Shown here piece after piece: positions 1 to 9,584 of a DNA stretch of 64,000 nucleotides; position 1 is the stretch's first letter, and every line of letters starts with the position of its first letter. The translations under genes and the position numbers were made by a program. The stretch is from an uncultured archaeon (GTDB lineage Archaea; Altiarchaeota; Altiarchaeia; IMC4; SCGC-AAA252-I15), in NCBI GenBank assembly GCA_964587725.1, contig CAZPLO010000002.1, forward strand, positions 55,597-119,596. Reading direction: 5' to 3'. Below the pieces are notes generated by a model, which worked only from the letters and a program-made list of their open reading frames with translations, was not told the DNA's origin and searched no databases.

Positions 1-146
1 AGGAACATGACGCCGACGTCGTATACGTTGCCGATGATGAATGCCATCGCCAGCGTCACAAACCCGAGGGTGACGGCTACCGCCACAATCAGTATCCACG
101 ACGCTCGTTTGTTCCGGTCTATCTGGTCGTAGAAGCTCCGCTTCAT
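1..146 (-). CDS. htpX: 5' part of probable M48 zinc metalloprotease HtpX (runs off window start)
   Basis: Manual translation from ATG at 146: MKRSFYDQIDRNKRASWILIVAVAVTLGFVTLAMAF..., typical HtpX N-terminus; directly downstream of lemA (common pairing). Catalytic HExxH lies outside the window. Confidence 0.6.
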   Translation of the reverse strand, partial: MKRSFYDQIDRNKRASWILIVAVAVTLGFVTLAMAFIIGNVYDVGVMF

Positions 147-148
147 CC

Positions 149-727
149 TCACTTCCTAAAGTCTACCTTCGGCACTTCCCGGGTTCCCTCCTCGGTTTCG
201 AAGTAGTCCCGGTCCGCGAAGTTGAACATGCCCGCGACGATGTTGCCCGGGAACGTCTGCCTGCTGGTGTCGTATCTCATGACGCTGTCGTTGTAGAACT
301 GCCGCGCATACGCTATCTTGTTCTCCGTGGTGGTTAATTCCTCCTGCAGTTGCATGAAGTTCTCGTTCGCCTTCAGCTCAGGATAGTTCTCGGCGACCGC
401 GAACAGACTCTTCAAAGCGCCGGTGAGCATGTTATCCGCCTTCTCGGTTTCCTTCACCGTCTCCGCCTTGGCCATCGCCGCCCGCGCCTCCGTCACGCGC
501 TGGAACGTCTCCTGCTCGTGGGCTGCGTAGCCCTTCACAGTATCCACGAGATTCGGTATTAAATCGTTCCGCCTGCGCAGCTGAACCTCTATCTGGCTCC
601 ACGCGTTCTCACACCTGTTACGTAACGTCACGAGGTTGTTGTAGATGAACACCACCGCTAAAACACCCAATACTACTGCTGCGGCGCCAGCCAACCCAAC
701 CAGTCCGATTACGGCTCCTAAGACCAT
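149..727 (-). CDS. lemA: LemA family protein
   Basis: N-terminal TM, [33 protein letters not shown], [15 protein letters not shown] motifs. Start placed at ATG 727 after a GGTGA RBS; ORF-track start 802 overlaps the upstream gene. Confidence 0.93.
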   Translation of the reverse strand: MVLGAVIGLVGLAGAAAVVLGVLAVVFIYNNLVTLRNRCENAWSQIEVQLRRRNDLIPNLVDTVKGYAAHEQETFQRVTEARAAMAKAETVKETEKADNMLTGALKSLFAVAENYPELKANENFMQLQEELTTTENKIAYARQFYNDSVMRYDTSRQTFPGNIVAGMFNFADRDYFETEEGTREVPKVDFRK

Positions 728-770
728 GTCATTCACCGTCAACATATTACAGACTGCATATAAATAAGGG

Positions 771-2732
771 TCACCCGGCTCCCCCTCCACCGCCTCCCCC
801 ACCCCCGCCTCCGCCGCCGGAGAAGCCGCCGCTTCCGCCGGTGGACGTTGCTGTGGAGAATGCGCTGGAGAAGCTGCCCACAGCGGAGCCGAAGCTGGCG
901 GCGTTGAATCCGCCGACTCCGCCCACGAATATGTGGGAGCCTGTTTCGCCCGTGTAGTTTCGGAACACGTCGTCCATGGCCTTCTGCACAGTGCCTGCGA
1001 CCCCCAGGGGGATGGAGTATACGAGGTATTTCTCCCACAACACTATGGCGTCCGGCGGCACGTCTTTGAGGTTGCTGAAGTCGGACAGGAACTTCTTCAG
1101 CCTCGTCCATTTCACATGGTGTTCAGCGCCTTTTTGGGTTCTGTTGGGTAGGGCGTCCGGGAATATGGCGGCGAGGATGAATGCTTCACCGAGTACGGCG
1201 GCCGCCACCGGCAGGGTGAACAGGGCCGCAAGTATCGTGTTCGCCAGGCTCGCGGCTATGTAGGAGAGGTATCCCGTCTTCTTCGAAAAGAAACCCCGGT
1301 CTTTCGCCTCGTCCGACACGAGTTCCGTCCACTCCCTCAGCCACTTCTGTGTCTTGTAGGGTTTCGCCCGCAGGTACTTCTTCAGCTCATTCAACGTGAC
1401 TATGTCTGGGGTGTCGTCCCTCACCCCCTTCTTGAATATGAGTCCCTCATACCTGAACTTGGCTGCCTTCTTTATTATCTTGAACAACAGTCTCTCGCTC
1501 TCCGGCAGTCCCTCGTCGCTTTCGTCCGTTATTTGTATTTCATAGTCGCCTCCCCCGAACAGTCCCAGAACCCTATCCCCCTCAATCTTGCGTATCCTGG
1601 CTTTCCCCCGGAGGCAGATGTCCAGCAGCTCGGCTGCCATGCTCTCCTGCCTCGGCTTTTTGGTGACCTGGTGCATGAGCGCGTCCACGACTGCGGGGCT
1701 GTAGTCGTACGGCACATCCCGTTCGTACACGGACTGCACATCCACCTTGGGTTCGCGGCCGTAGGAATGCCAGATTCCTGCGAAGACTAGAATCTGAAGG
1801 GTGCCGAACACCGGCAGCCACAGGAAGTCGCCGACGGGGAACAGTCCTGCTACGAAGAAGATTGAGATGAACAGCATCATCATCCCCGCGAGCATCGCGG
1901 GCAGGAACACCCTCCCCAGTTTGTGGCCGAAGTCTGGGTTGACTCTCCGGAGTACGGCGAGGCCTATGCCTCCGAAGAAACCCATCCCCCAGACGAGCAG
2001 GAACAGGGGGAGGATGATTAACCACATAGTATCTTCAGTGTCCTGTGGAGGCCGGTAGTTCTCCTCTTCCTCAATGACCTCATCCAGACCCGGTCCCTCA
2101 TGCAGCACCGCCTCGGTCGGCTGCGGCAGCACATACCGGGGGAACACCGTCCGGACTTCAACCCACTGGCCTGCTGGAATGTTGAACGCCTGGAATATAA
2201 CCTTCTCATCGTCCACCATCGCGATTTTTCCGTTCAGTTCAGGGTGGCCCCATGTGTAGGCTTCAGAGGAATTCCCCACCTTACCTGGCAGCATTATGTG
2301 GCCTTCCAGTTCGCGTAGGCGGCGGTCCCATCCGCTCCCCCACACCCTCCAGTTGAGGTCGCAGACGTCACTGTAACAGTGCACGGCGTCCGTCAGATGA
2401 TAATGGATGGTGAACGTCCGCTCCTCGTCTACCGCGTTATAATACCATTTCGCCCGGATGTGGGCTCCTTGGCTGGACACCTCCTTCCTAAGGGGGACGC
2501 CGTCTTCCGTCACCTCCATGCCGGTGATGACCCAGTCGCCCAGCCGGACGTCCCTGTAGGCGTGGGTGAAGGAGCCGGTGAAGTCGTATGTGATGTCTTC
2601 GCGGACGTCAACGGACCCGTCGGGGTTGACGGTCAATGAGACGTAGGCTTTGTCGATGGTGTAGGATTTTGCGGAAGCGGCGGTTGACAGGATGAGAAGT
2701 AGGGCGGCGGCTGCGATAACCTTATCCTTCAT
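771..2732 (-). CDS. DUF2207 family membrane protein
   Basis: Signal peptide, N-terminal beta domain, TMs, [14 protein letters not shown] motif and Gly/Ser-rich C-tail; adjacent to lemA. Confidence 0.85.
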   Translation of the reverse strand: MKDKVIAAAALLLILSTAASAKSYTIDKAYVSLTVNPDGSVDVREDITYDFTGSFTHAYRDVRLGDWVITGMEVTEDGVPLRKEVSSQGAHIRAKWYYNAVDEERTFTIHYHLTDAVHCYSDVCDLNWRVWGSGWDRRLRELEGHIMLPGKVGNSSEAYTWGHPELNGKIAMVDDEKVIFQAFNIPAGQWVEVRTVFPRYVLPQPTEAVLHEGPGLDEVIEEEENYRPPQDTEDTMWLIILPLFLLVWGMGFFGGIGLAVLRRVNPDFGHKLGRVFLPAMLAGMMMLFISIFFVAGLFPVGDFLWLPVFGTLQILVFAGIWHSYGREPKVDVQSVYERDVPYDYSPAVVDALMHQVTKKPRQESMAAELLDICLRGKARIRKIEGDRVLGLFGGGDYEIQITDESDEGLPESERLLFKIIKKAAKFRYEGLIFKKGVRDDTPDIVTLNELKKYLRAKPYKTQKWLREWTELVSDEAKDRGFFSKKTGYLSYIAASLANTILAALFTLPVAAAVLGEAFILAAIFPDALPNRTQKGAEHHVKWTRLKKFLSDFSNLKDVPPDAIVLWEKYLVYSIPLGVAGTVQKAMDDVFRNYTGETGSHIFVGGVGGFNAASFGSAVGSFSSAFSTATSTGGSGGFSGGGGGGGGGGGGGAG

Positions 2733-3234
2733 CTTCCACGGCCTCTTCGGCGTGTTTCTTCACCAGCTCCTTGGCGTCGTTTATGCGGAAGTACTGGTTG
2801 AAATTGGGTGTCGTAATCAGTATCTTGGTGTGGCCCTCCGGCTTGCGTTCAATCAGCTGCAGCCCCTCAAGGCGTTTCACGTACTCGTACACGCGGTTGC
2901 CGCGGAGCTTCACCACATAAGACTGTTTGATAGGTTGCTCGTACGCTATCATGGCCAGCGTCTTCAGCATCGCCTTCGGCATGTCGGTTTCTGGAATCAA
3001 CTGGGTGACGGTGTCCTCGTACTCCGGCTTAACGCGCATGCCGTAGGATTTACCGGACTTGAACACTTCGACGCCGCCGTCCCGCTGCGAGTACTCGCGG
3101 ACCAGGCCTTCCGCAATCTCCTTCACGGCCTTCACGTCCAGGCTGCCGCACACCCGCGCCAGCTTCTCAGCGCTCATGTTCTCGGAGGCCACGAACAACG
3201 CGGCCTCCACCACGCCTCTGTCCGACATGTCCAT
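2722..3234 (-). CDS. scpB: Segregation and condensation protein B (SMC-ScpAB kite subunit)
   Basis: VEAALF, KTLAMIAYEQPI, VKLRG, TTPNFNQYF motifs; start moved to MDMSD (3234). Confidence 0.9.
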   Translation of the reverse strand: MDMSDRGVVEAALFVASENMSAEKLARVCGSLDVKAVKEIAEGLVREYSQRDGGVEVFKSGKSYGMRVKPEYEDTVTQLIPETDMPKAMLKTLAMIAYEQPIKQSYVVKLRGNRVYEYVKRLEGLQLIERKPEGHTKILITTPNFNQYFRINDAKELVKKHAEEAVEDEG

Positions 3235-3260
3235 GAAAAATGGGAATGCGCGGATAAAAA

Positions 3261-4778
3261 CTATTCCACCGCAGCCAGCGGCAGCTTCGCAGCCACCGCG
3301 AAAGCCAATGCAAGCACCGCCGGCAGCATCGGCAGGCAGCAAAGTCCCCCCCCTCCTTCTTCAGGCACGGTGGTTGTGGTGGGCTGGGTTGTGGGTGGGG
3401 CAGCCAACGTCGTGGCAGTGCTTTCGGTCGTGGTGGTTTCCTCAAACACGGTTGTGGTCGTCGTCTCCGGGCTGTAGTCCTCGTCTATCTCGTATAAGCG
3501 GACGTCTGTGCTGTACTCGTTCCCTCTTACGGTGCTTTGCTCCCAGTTCCAGGCCGCAACCACTTCGGCTTCGCCGTCGCCGTCGAGGTCGCCCATGTAT
3601 GTGGCGACCGCGTTCGCGTCCCGTTCCTCATATGCTTTAGTCAGGCCCTGTATCTCTATGGTGTATTTCCAGCTGCCTATGAGGCTGCCGTCGTCGTCCA
3701 GCAGGTACAGGTATTTGGTTGTGCCGACCACCACCTCCATGCGTCCGTCCCCGTCCATGTCGTAGGCGCTCATACTGTATACTGTGCCTTCCACGGGTTC
3801 CGTCCACTCCCACAGCATCCTGCCGTTGCCCTCTAATGCGGTCACCCGCGGGGCTGAGCCGACCAGCACCTCCACGCCGCCCGAGCCGTCGAGGTTGACT
3901 GCGTGGACGCTGGAGACGATGTTGCCTGTGTCGTAGCTCCAGTCCAGGCTGCCGTCTCCGTCGTATGCGACTACTCCCTGCTCGGCCGTACCCACCACGA
4001 CCATGTCTGCGGCGGTTTCTATGAGGTTTCCGGCCAACATTGCAGTGTAAACTCCACCCTCGATGTTCTCCTCCCAGAGTATCGTGCCGTCGGAGGATAT
4101 GGCGTACACGTATGCGTCGCCGTAGCGGTGTGAGAGGGCGACCACTTCCGGGCTTCCGTCCCCGTCCAAGTCCACGGATTCAACATAGTATACGGGGTAC
4201 TGTCTGGTGTCGACGCTCCACAGCACCGGCTCCCGCTGCTTGGGGTCGTCTTTAAGCACGCACACCTTCTTGCTCTGCGTCCCCATTATGACGTTTAGTG
4301 TGCCTGTGCCGTCGAGGTCGGCTGCGTCGACGCTGTGGCTGAGACCGCATTCCTTGTCGAAGTTCCAGTCCTCTATGCTGGTGTCATGTATCACGCGCAC
4401 GTATTCGCTGGGCGTTTCGGAGCCGGGGTGACTGGACTTCACCGAGTTAACCACCACCTGCTTCCTCCCGTCTCCGTCGAGGTCCGCCACGGCGAAGCTT
4501 TTCACGTTGCCGTCGGTGTCGAAGGACCAGCCTCCGCTGGTCAACGCAGTCCACTCGCTGGTGCAGTCAACGCCTTTGTAGACGTAGTTGTAGAGTATCC
4601 CGTTCACCGAGGTGCCCATGAGTATGTTGGGTGTTCCGTCCCCGTCAAGGTCTTCTACTTCTATGACGTTGGCGAGGTCGTTTTTCAGGATGGACTGGCA
4701 CGCCGGCTGAAACAGTTCAGCCGATACCGTGCCTGCCAGCAGCACTATTAAGCCCAGGTAGAGTGCGCGGTATTTCAT
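3261..4778 (-). CDS. Secreted FG-GAP/PQQ-type beta-propeller surface protein with Thr-rich linker and C-terminal anchor
   Basis: Signal peptide MKYRALYLGL..., many D-L-D-G-D-G Ca-binding loops, TTTT linker, GGGGLCCLP + hydrophobic tail. Confidence 0.8.
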   Translation of the reverse strand: MKYRALYLGLIVLLAGTVSAELFQPACQSILKNDLANVIEVEDLDGDGTPNILMGTSVNGILYNYVYKGVDCTSEWTALTSGGWSFDTDGNVKSFAVADLDGDGRKQVVVNSVKSSHPGSETPSEYVRVIHDTSIEDWNFDKECGLSHSVDAADLDGTGTLNVIMGTQSKKVCVLKDDPKQREPVLWSVDTRQYPVYYVESVDLDGDGSPEVVALSHRYGDAYVYAISSDGTILWEENIEGGVYTAMLAGNLIETAADMVVVGTAEQGVVAYDGDGSLDWSYDTGNIVSSVHAVNLDGSGGVEVLVGSAPRVTALEGNGRMLWEWTEPVEGTVYSMSAYDMDGDGRMEVVVGTTKYLYLLDDDGSLIGSWKYTIEIQGLTKAYEERDANAVATYMGDLDGDGEAEVVAAWNWEQSTVRGNEYSTDVRLYEIDEDYSPETTTTTVFEETTTTESTATTLAAPPTTQPTTTTVPEEGGGGLCCLPMLPAVLALAFAVAAKLPLAAVE

Positions 4779-4788
4779 GTTATAAGCA

Positions 4789-5355
4789 TTACCGCCCGGT
4801 TTTATAAACGCCGGACAGCACACACAACGTTTCGAAGAACAGTTTCTCCTCCGCCGCAACCTCCACGGTGAACCCCAGCCTCCCCATCTTCTCCACAACC
4901 AAGCCGACGTCGTTGAAGCTTGATATCAGCAGCCGCATCCGCCCGCCCGGCTTCAGGTGCTCCGCCGCACCCGCCAGAAACCGGTCTATGACCTCCCTGC
5001 CCGTTCCGCCGCCGGACCACGCCCCGTCCTCGCCTTCCACCGGCAGATACGGGGGGTTGAAGACTATGAGGTCGAATACACCGTCCACGTTCTCAAAGAG
5101 GTCGCTAACCATGAACTCTACGTTGGCTATGCCGTTGGATTCTGCGTTCTTCCCCGCCAACTCCACCGCGTCTGGGTTAACGTCGACCCCCAGCACGTAC
5201 TCTGCCTTCTCCGCGGCAGTCAAAGCGATTACTCCGGTGCCGGTGCCCACCTCCAACACCCTGTCCCCCCGGCGGACGTCCAGGTTTTCTGCCAGCAGGA
5301 AACTATCCTCCGCCGGCTTATAGACGCCTTCGGAGGTCTCCAGCTCCATGGTCAT
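4789..5355 (-). CDS. hemK2: HemK2/Mtq2-type release factor N5-glutamine methyltransferase
   Basis: VYKPAEDSFLL, LEVGTGTG (SAM motif I), FNPPY motif. Confidence 0.88.
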   Translation of the reverse strand: MTMELETSEGVYKPAEDSFLLAENLDVRRGDRVLEVGTGTGVIALTAAEKAEYVLGVDVNPDAVELAGKNAESNGIANVEFMVSDLFENVDGVFDLIVFNPPYLPVEGEDGAWSGGGTGREVIDRFLAGAAEHLKPGGRMRLLISSFNDVGLVVEKMGRLGFTVEVAAEEKLFFETLCVLSGVYKTGR

Positions 5356-5385
5356 TTAATACTGTGCCGCATCCTATATACTCCC

Positions 5386-6207
5386 ATGGAACTGTACCTG
5401 GATCGGAACCTGATACTGGAGTCCGCCGCCCAGCTGGAGGACGCGGACTACGTGCTGTTGGGCGTGCCGTTCGACGGCACCTCCTCTTACAGGCCGGGGA
5501 GCAGGTTCGCGCCGCTGGAGATTAGGAAGGAGTTTCTGGAGCTGGAGGCCGGTTCCATCAGATTCCACGACCTCGGCAACGTCGACGTCGTATACGGGAA
5601 CGCCGCCGAAACCGTGAAGAGGGTTAGGGAGACGGTGTCGAAGGCGCTGGAGCGGAACAATTCAGCAGAGTACATTATCCTCGGCGGCGAACACCTCATC
5701 ACCTACCCTGTGGTGGAGGCGTTGAAGGAACGGGTGGATGCTGTGGTGTGGCTGGACGCCCACCCCGACCTGCGGGACGAATACCAGGGGGGGCGGCTGA
5801 GCCACGCGTGCGTCGCCCGCAGGATAACAGAGTTAGGCACTACATTGATCCAATACGGTGTTCGCAGCGGCAGCCCAGACCAGGAGGAGTTCATTCGGGA
5901 AAACGGCATACTGTCGCTGCCCCCGACGGCGGACTTCAAGGAGGTGATGGAGGCTGTCAGAGACAAAAGAGTGTATCTGAGCGTGGACTTGGACGTATTG
6001 GACCCCCGTGAAACCGACGGAGTGGGCAACCCGGAGCCGGGCGGCCTGTCCTTTAATACCCTGGAATCCATAGTAGAGTACGTGTCAGAGGGGTGTGAGG
6101 TCGCGGGCTTCGACGTCGTCGAGGCCTCGCCGGTATACGATTCCACGGCCGCCGTTTACGCGGCTAAGCTGCTCGCAACCCACATGATGAATGATGAAAA
6201 GCCATAA
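5386..6207 (+). CDS. speB: Agmatinase (arginase family)
   Basis: GVPFDGTSSYRPGSRFAP, GGEH, DAHPD, SVDLDVLD, PEPGG motifs; real start ATG 5386. Confidence 0.9.
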   Translation: MELYLDRNLILESAAQLEDADYVLLGVPFDGTSSYRPGSRFAPLEIRKEFLELEAGSIRFHDLGNVDVVYGNAAETVKRVRETVSKALERNNSAEYIILGGEHLITYPVVEALKERVDAVVWLDAHPDLRDEYQGGRLSHACVARRITELGTTLIQYGVRSGSPDQEEFIRENGILSLPPTADFKEVMEAVRDKRVYLSVDLDVLDPRETDGVGNPEPGGLSFNTLESIVEYVSEGCEVAGFDVVEASPVYDSTAAVYAAKLLATHMMNDEKP

Positions 6208-6712
6208 GGTAGCTATCGGGGGTTCCTTCTCAGGCAACACGTCGGAGCTGTTTCACAGTTTGTCGGACGAGGACATCCTCCAGTTCTCGCTCTGCGGCCG
6301 GGAAGTCACCCTGCAGGTGCGCAGCGAAAACCTCGAATCCATTATAGAATCGCTGAAACGGCACGGCGTCGACAACATCAGCATCCTGGAGTGGAAAAAA
6401 TACGGCACCACCGTCGCAGGCTCCGGCTCCGGCAACGACGACGGCACCTCAGTCAACGTCTCCTTGATTCCCGCCACACTAGGAGACGGCCTCCGGCCGC
6501 TGTCCGCCACCCATAGGGTGCCGTTGGACCGGAAACTATACATAGAGTTGCTGGCGAATCTGGAAGCAGTATTACTCGACGCAGGGGTCACCGACGTCCT
6601 GTATGCGGTGCAGATAGAGAAGGAGATGTCCAGACTAGAGTACTTGGATGCGGTGCGGGACGCCGCATTGAACGCTCTGTTCAACACCGGCGGCATCGTC
6701 GGCATAGAATAG
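6191..6712 (+). CDS. Hypothetical protein (possible S5-domain-2/EF-G domain IV-like C-terminal fold)
   Basis: 173-aa ORF overlapping the speB end, coding-like composition; family not recognised. Confidence 0.65.
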   Translation: MMKSHKVAIGGSFSGNTSELFHSLSDEDILQFSLCGREVTLQVRSENLESIIESLKRHGVDNISILEWKKYGTTVAGSGSGNDDGTSVNVSLIPATLGDGLRPLSATHRVPLDRKLYIELLANLEAVLLDAGVTDVLYAVQIEKEMSRLEYLDAVRDAALNALFNTGGIVGIE

Positions 6713-6755
6713 ATTTCCCACGCACTCTCCCCCGTTTTATTGTCCCTGTTTTCCT

Positions 6756-8618
6756 ATGGAATGTGTGGACTGTTTCCCCTACTCCGCCGTCCGCAGCGGC
6801 CAGGAGGAGTTCATGCGCGACTGCAGCGAAGCATTCAAGAAAGCGGACGTGCTTGTCGCCCACGCACCCACCGGCATTGGGAAAACCGCCGCCGTTTTGT
6901 CCGCCGCAGTCGACCACGCCCTGAAAAACCAGAAGACCATATTCTTTCTGACCCCCAAACACACCCAGCACACCATCGTCGTAGACACCGTGAAGAGGAT
7001 GCGGAAACGCCACGGAGTGTCGGCGTCGGTGGTGGACATAATAGGGAAGCAGTGGATGTGCCCACACCGCGTCCGCGACCTGAGCTCCCGGGAGTTCAAC
7101 GAGTTCTGCCGCAGCCGGAAGAAGGACGAGACATGCGAGTACTACAACAACACCCGCAGGAACAAACTGTCCAGGAATGGGTTGGACGCCGCCGCCAAGA
7201 TACTCGCGGAGCCCCTCCACAACGAGGAAGCGTTGAAAATATGTTCTGAATCAGGCCTCTGCCCGTATGAGGTGCTGCTGGAGGCCGGGCGGAAAGCGGA
7301 CGTCATAGTATGCGACTACTTTCACGTCTTCAGCCCGTCGGTGCGTCGGGCGTTCCTCAGCAAACTCGACCGCAGCGTAGAAGACAGCGTCCTCATAGTC
7401 GACGAAGCGCATAACCTGCCGGACCGTATACGGTCGATTATGTCCAACACACTCAGCACGTACACGCTCGACCGGGCGTCGAAGGAGGCTAAGGCGTTGG
7501 ACATGCGGCAGCTCGCCGACGACTTCATAGAAACCGTGAAGGTGCTGAAGAAGCTCGCAAGGAGCGTGAAGCCGGGCGGGGAGCGGTTCGTGGACAAGAC
7601 GGAGTTCGCGGACGAACTGGAGGCTGCGTTGAAGATGCCGTACGACGACTTCCACGGGGGCGTGGAGGCGTTGGGGGAGGAGGTGCTGAAGCTGCCGAAC
7701 CGCTACCGCTCCCACGCCAAGACCGCCGCACGGTTCCTGGAGTCGTGGCGGGGCCTGGACCTCGGTTACGCCCGCATACTTCGGAAGGAGAGGAAGGGAT
7801 TGAAATTGTCTTACCGGTGCTTGGACCCTGGCGTATCGTGCAGCGAGGTCTTCAACGCCGTTTACTCGGCTGTGCTGATGAGCGGCACCCTGACTCCATT
7901 GAGCATGTACTCGGACACCCTGGGTCTGCCTGGGAACAGGACCATGGAGCGCGCATACCGGAGCCCGTTCCCCAGGGAAAACCGCCTCACACTGCTGGTG
8001 CCGGGGCTGACGACGAAGTACGCGCAGCGCGGCGACTTCATGTACGGGAAGTACGCGTCCACGATTTCATCCGTCCTGTCCCACATACCCGGGAACGCGG
8101 CTGTCTTCTACCCGTCGTACAGGCTGCTGGCTGAGATCGGCGCGAGGGTGAAGTCGTCGAAGGAGGTGGTTGCGGAGCGGCAGGACATGAAGAAGGCGGA
8201 CAGACGCCGCGTATTCAACCGGCTGGTGAACCTGCGCGGGGACGGCGGGGGGGTGTTGATGGGCGTGCAGGCCGGCGGCTTCAGCGAAGGGCTCGACTAC
8301 GCAGGCAACCTGTTGGATGCGGTCGTCATCGTGGGGCTGCCGTTGGAGCACCCCACCCTGGAGACGCAGGCGCTGATAGACTACTACGACTTCCGTTTCG
8401 AACGCGGCTGGGACTACGGCTACATCTACCCTGCCATGAACCGCGCCCTCCAGGCTGCCGGAAGGTGCATCCGCAGCGAAACAGACCGCGGAGCCATCAT
8501 ATTGTTGGATGAACGCTTCAAATGGGGTAATTATAGGAAATGCTTCCCCTCCGACTTCGATTTCATTGTCACGGAGAAGCCGGGGAAGTATCTGCAGCGT
8601 TTTTTTCAAATAGTTTAG
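6756..8618 (+). CDS. xpd: XPD/Rad3-family Fe-S DNA helicase
   Basis: APTGIGKT Walker A, four Cys of the Fe-S domain, CPYE, DEAH, SGTL, QAAGRCIR motif VI. Confidence 0.93.
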   Translation: MECVDCFPYSAVRSGQEEFMRDCSEAFKKADVLVAHAPTGIGKTAAVLSAAVDHALKNQKTIFFLTPKHTQHTIVVDTVKRMRKRHGVSASVVDIIGKQWMCPHRVRDLSSREFNEFCRSRKKDETCEYYNNTRRNKLSRNGLDAAAKILAEPLHNEEALKICSESGLCPYEVLLEAGRKADVIVCDYFHVFSPSVRRAFLSKLDRSVEDSVLIVDEAHNLPDRIRSIMSNTLSTYTLDRASKEAKALDMRQLADDFIETVKVLKKLARSVKPGGERFVDKTEFADELEAALKMPYDDFHGGVEALGEEVLKLPNRYRSHAKTAARFLESWRGLDLGYARILRKERKGLKLSYRCLDPGVSCSEVFNAVYSAVLMSGTLTPLSMYSDTLGLPGNRTMERAYRSPFPRENRLTLLVPGLTTKYAQRGDFMYGKYASTISSVLSHIPGNAAVFYPSYRLLAEIGARVKSSKEVVAERQDMKKADRRRVFNRLVNLRGDGGGVLMGVQAGGFSEGLDYAGNLLDAVVIVGLPLEHPTLETQALIDYYDFRFERGWDYGYIYPAMNRALQAAGRCIRSETDRGAIILLDERFKWGNYRKCFPSDFDFIVTEKPGKYLQRFFQIV

Positions 8619-8659
8619 AGTAAACTTTAAACTGTTTATACTTTCTTTTAAACTGTTTC
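8607..8659. repeat. Three AAACWGTTT-like palindromic boxes at exact 21-bp period (site A)
   Basis: aaatagttta 8608-8617, aaactgttta 8629-8638, aaactgtttc 8650-8659; matches site B at 37936-37988. Confidence 0.8.
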
Positions 8660-9529
8660 AATTTGTATGGCGCCTTTGTAGACTTCCTCGGCGGGGCCGA
8701 TGAGGTAGGCTTTTCTGATGTCGTCTTTTTTGCCTTCCAGTTCTACTTTCACGTCTCCTCCGCGGGCGTGGAACAGCAGCGGCCTTCCGATGTCTGCCCT
8801 CCCGTTCAATACTGCGGCGACGGCGGACGCGCAGATGCCTGTGCCGCAGGCGAGGGTCTCGTCTTCCACGCCGCGTTCGTAAGTCCTTATCTTGAACTCG
8901 TTCTCCCCCGCTTCTTCGATGAAGTGGACGTTGACGCCGTTGGGGAACAGCTGCGTGTAATAGCGTATCCGGGGGCCGATGGTCTTCAGGTCGAGGTTGT
9001 CTATGTCGCCGTTGAATATTATGGCGTGGGGGTTGCCCATGCCCACGGCGGTTATCTCGTATTCGAACCCGTGTATCATAACCTTCTCTCCGACGAATTT
9101 TTCATCCGGGTCTCCTGTGACCTGGGCTTCCCCGCGTTTCACCTGCGGGCGGTCCATGTCCACCTTCACCTCCAACACCGCGTCCTCCACCACTGTGAGT
9201 TCGAGCGTCTTCACGCCCGCCAGGGTTTCGGCGGTCATAGCCGGCGTGTCGACGAGCAGGTGGTCGTGGACGTATTTGGCGAGGCAGCGTATGCCGTTGC
9301 CGCACATTTCAGCGCGGCTGCCGTCGGGGTTGTAGAACACGAAGTTCACGTCCGCTTTACCGGATTTCTGGACGAATATGGCTCCGTCGGCGCCGACGCC
9401 GGTGTGGCGCCTGCACATTTTCTCCACGAAACTCGGTTTATCCGTGTCCGGGACTACCTTATTATCCCATTCCTCGACCACGATAAAGTCGTTGCCGCTT
9501 CCGTGCATCTTCGTGAACCTGACTTCCAT
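8648..9529 (-). CDS. dapF: Diaminopimelate epimerase
   Basis: FTKMHGSGNDF, EMCGNGIRC, MGNPH, ERGVEDETLACGTG. Confidence 0.96.
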   Translation of the reverse strand: MEVRFTKMHGSGNDFIVVEEWDNKVVPDTDKPSFVEKMCRRHTGVGADGAIFVQKSGKADVNFVFYNPDGSRAEMCGNGIRCLAKYVHDHLLVDTPAMTAETLAGVKTLELTVVEDAVLEVKVDMDRPQVKRGEAQVTGDPDEKFVGEKVMIHGFEYEITAVGMGNPHAIIFNGDIDNLDLKTIGPRIRYYTQLFPNGVNVHFIEEAGENEFKIRTYERGVEDETLACGTGICASAVAAVLNGRADIGRPLLFHARGGDVKVELEGKKDDIRKAYLIGPAEEVYKGAIQIETV

Positions 9530-9584
9530 GTCCCATCCCTTTAGGCTTACAGATTATTAAAGCTTTGTTTAAGAATACTTTGAG

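Noticed and set aside
1-2732. DUF2207-lemA-htpX cluster as a novel system
   Set aside because: Well-known conserved gene neighbourhood.
8607-8659. 21-bp arrays as mini-CRISPR
   Set aside because: Period is too short, spacers are similar rather than unique, and there are no cas genes; kept as a binding-site-like repeat instead.
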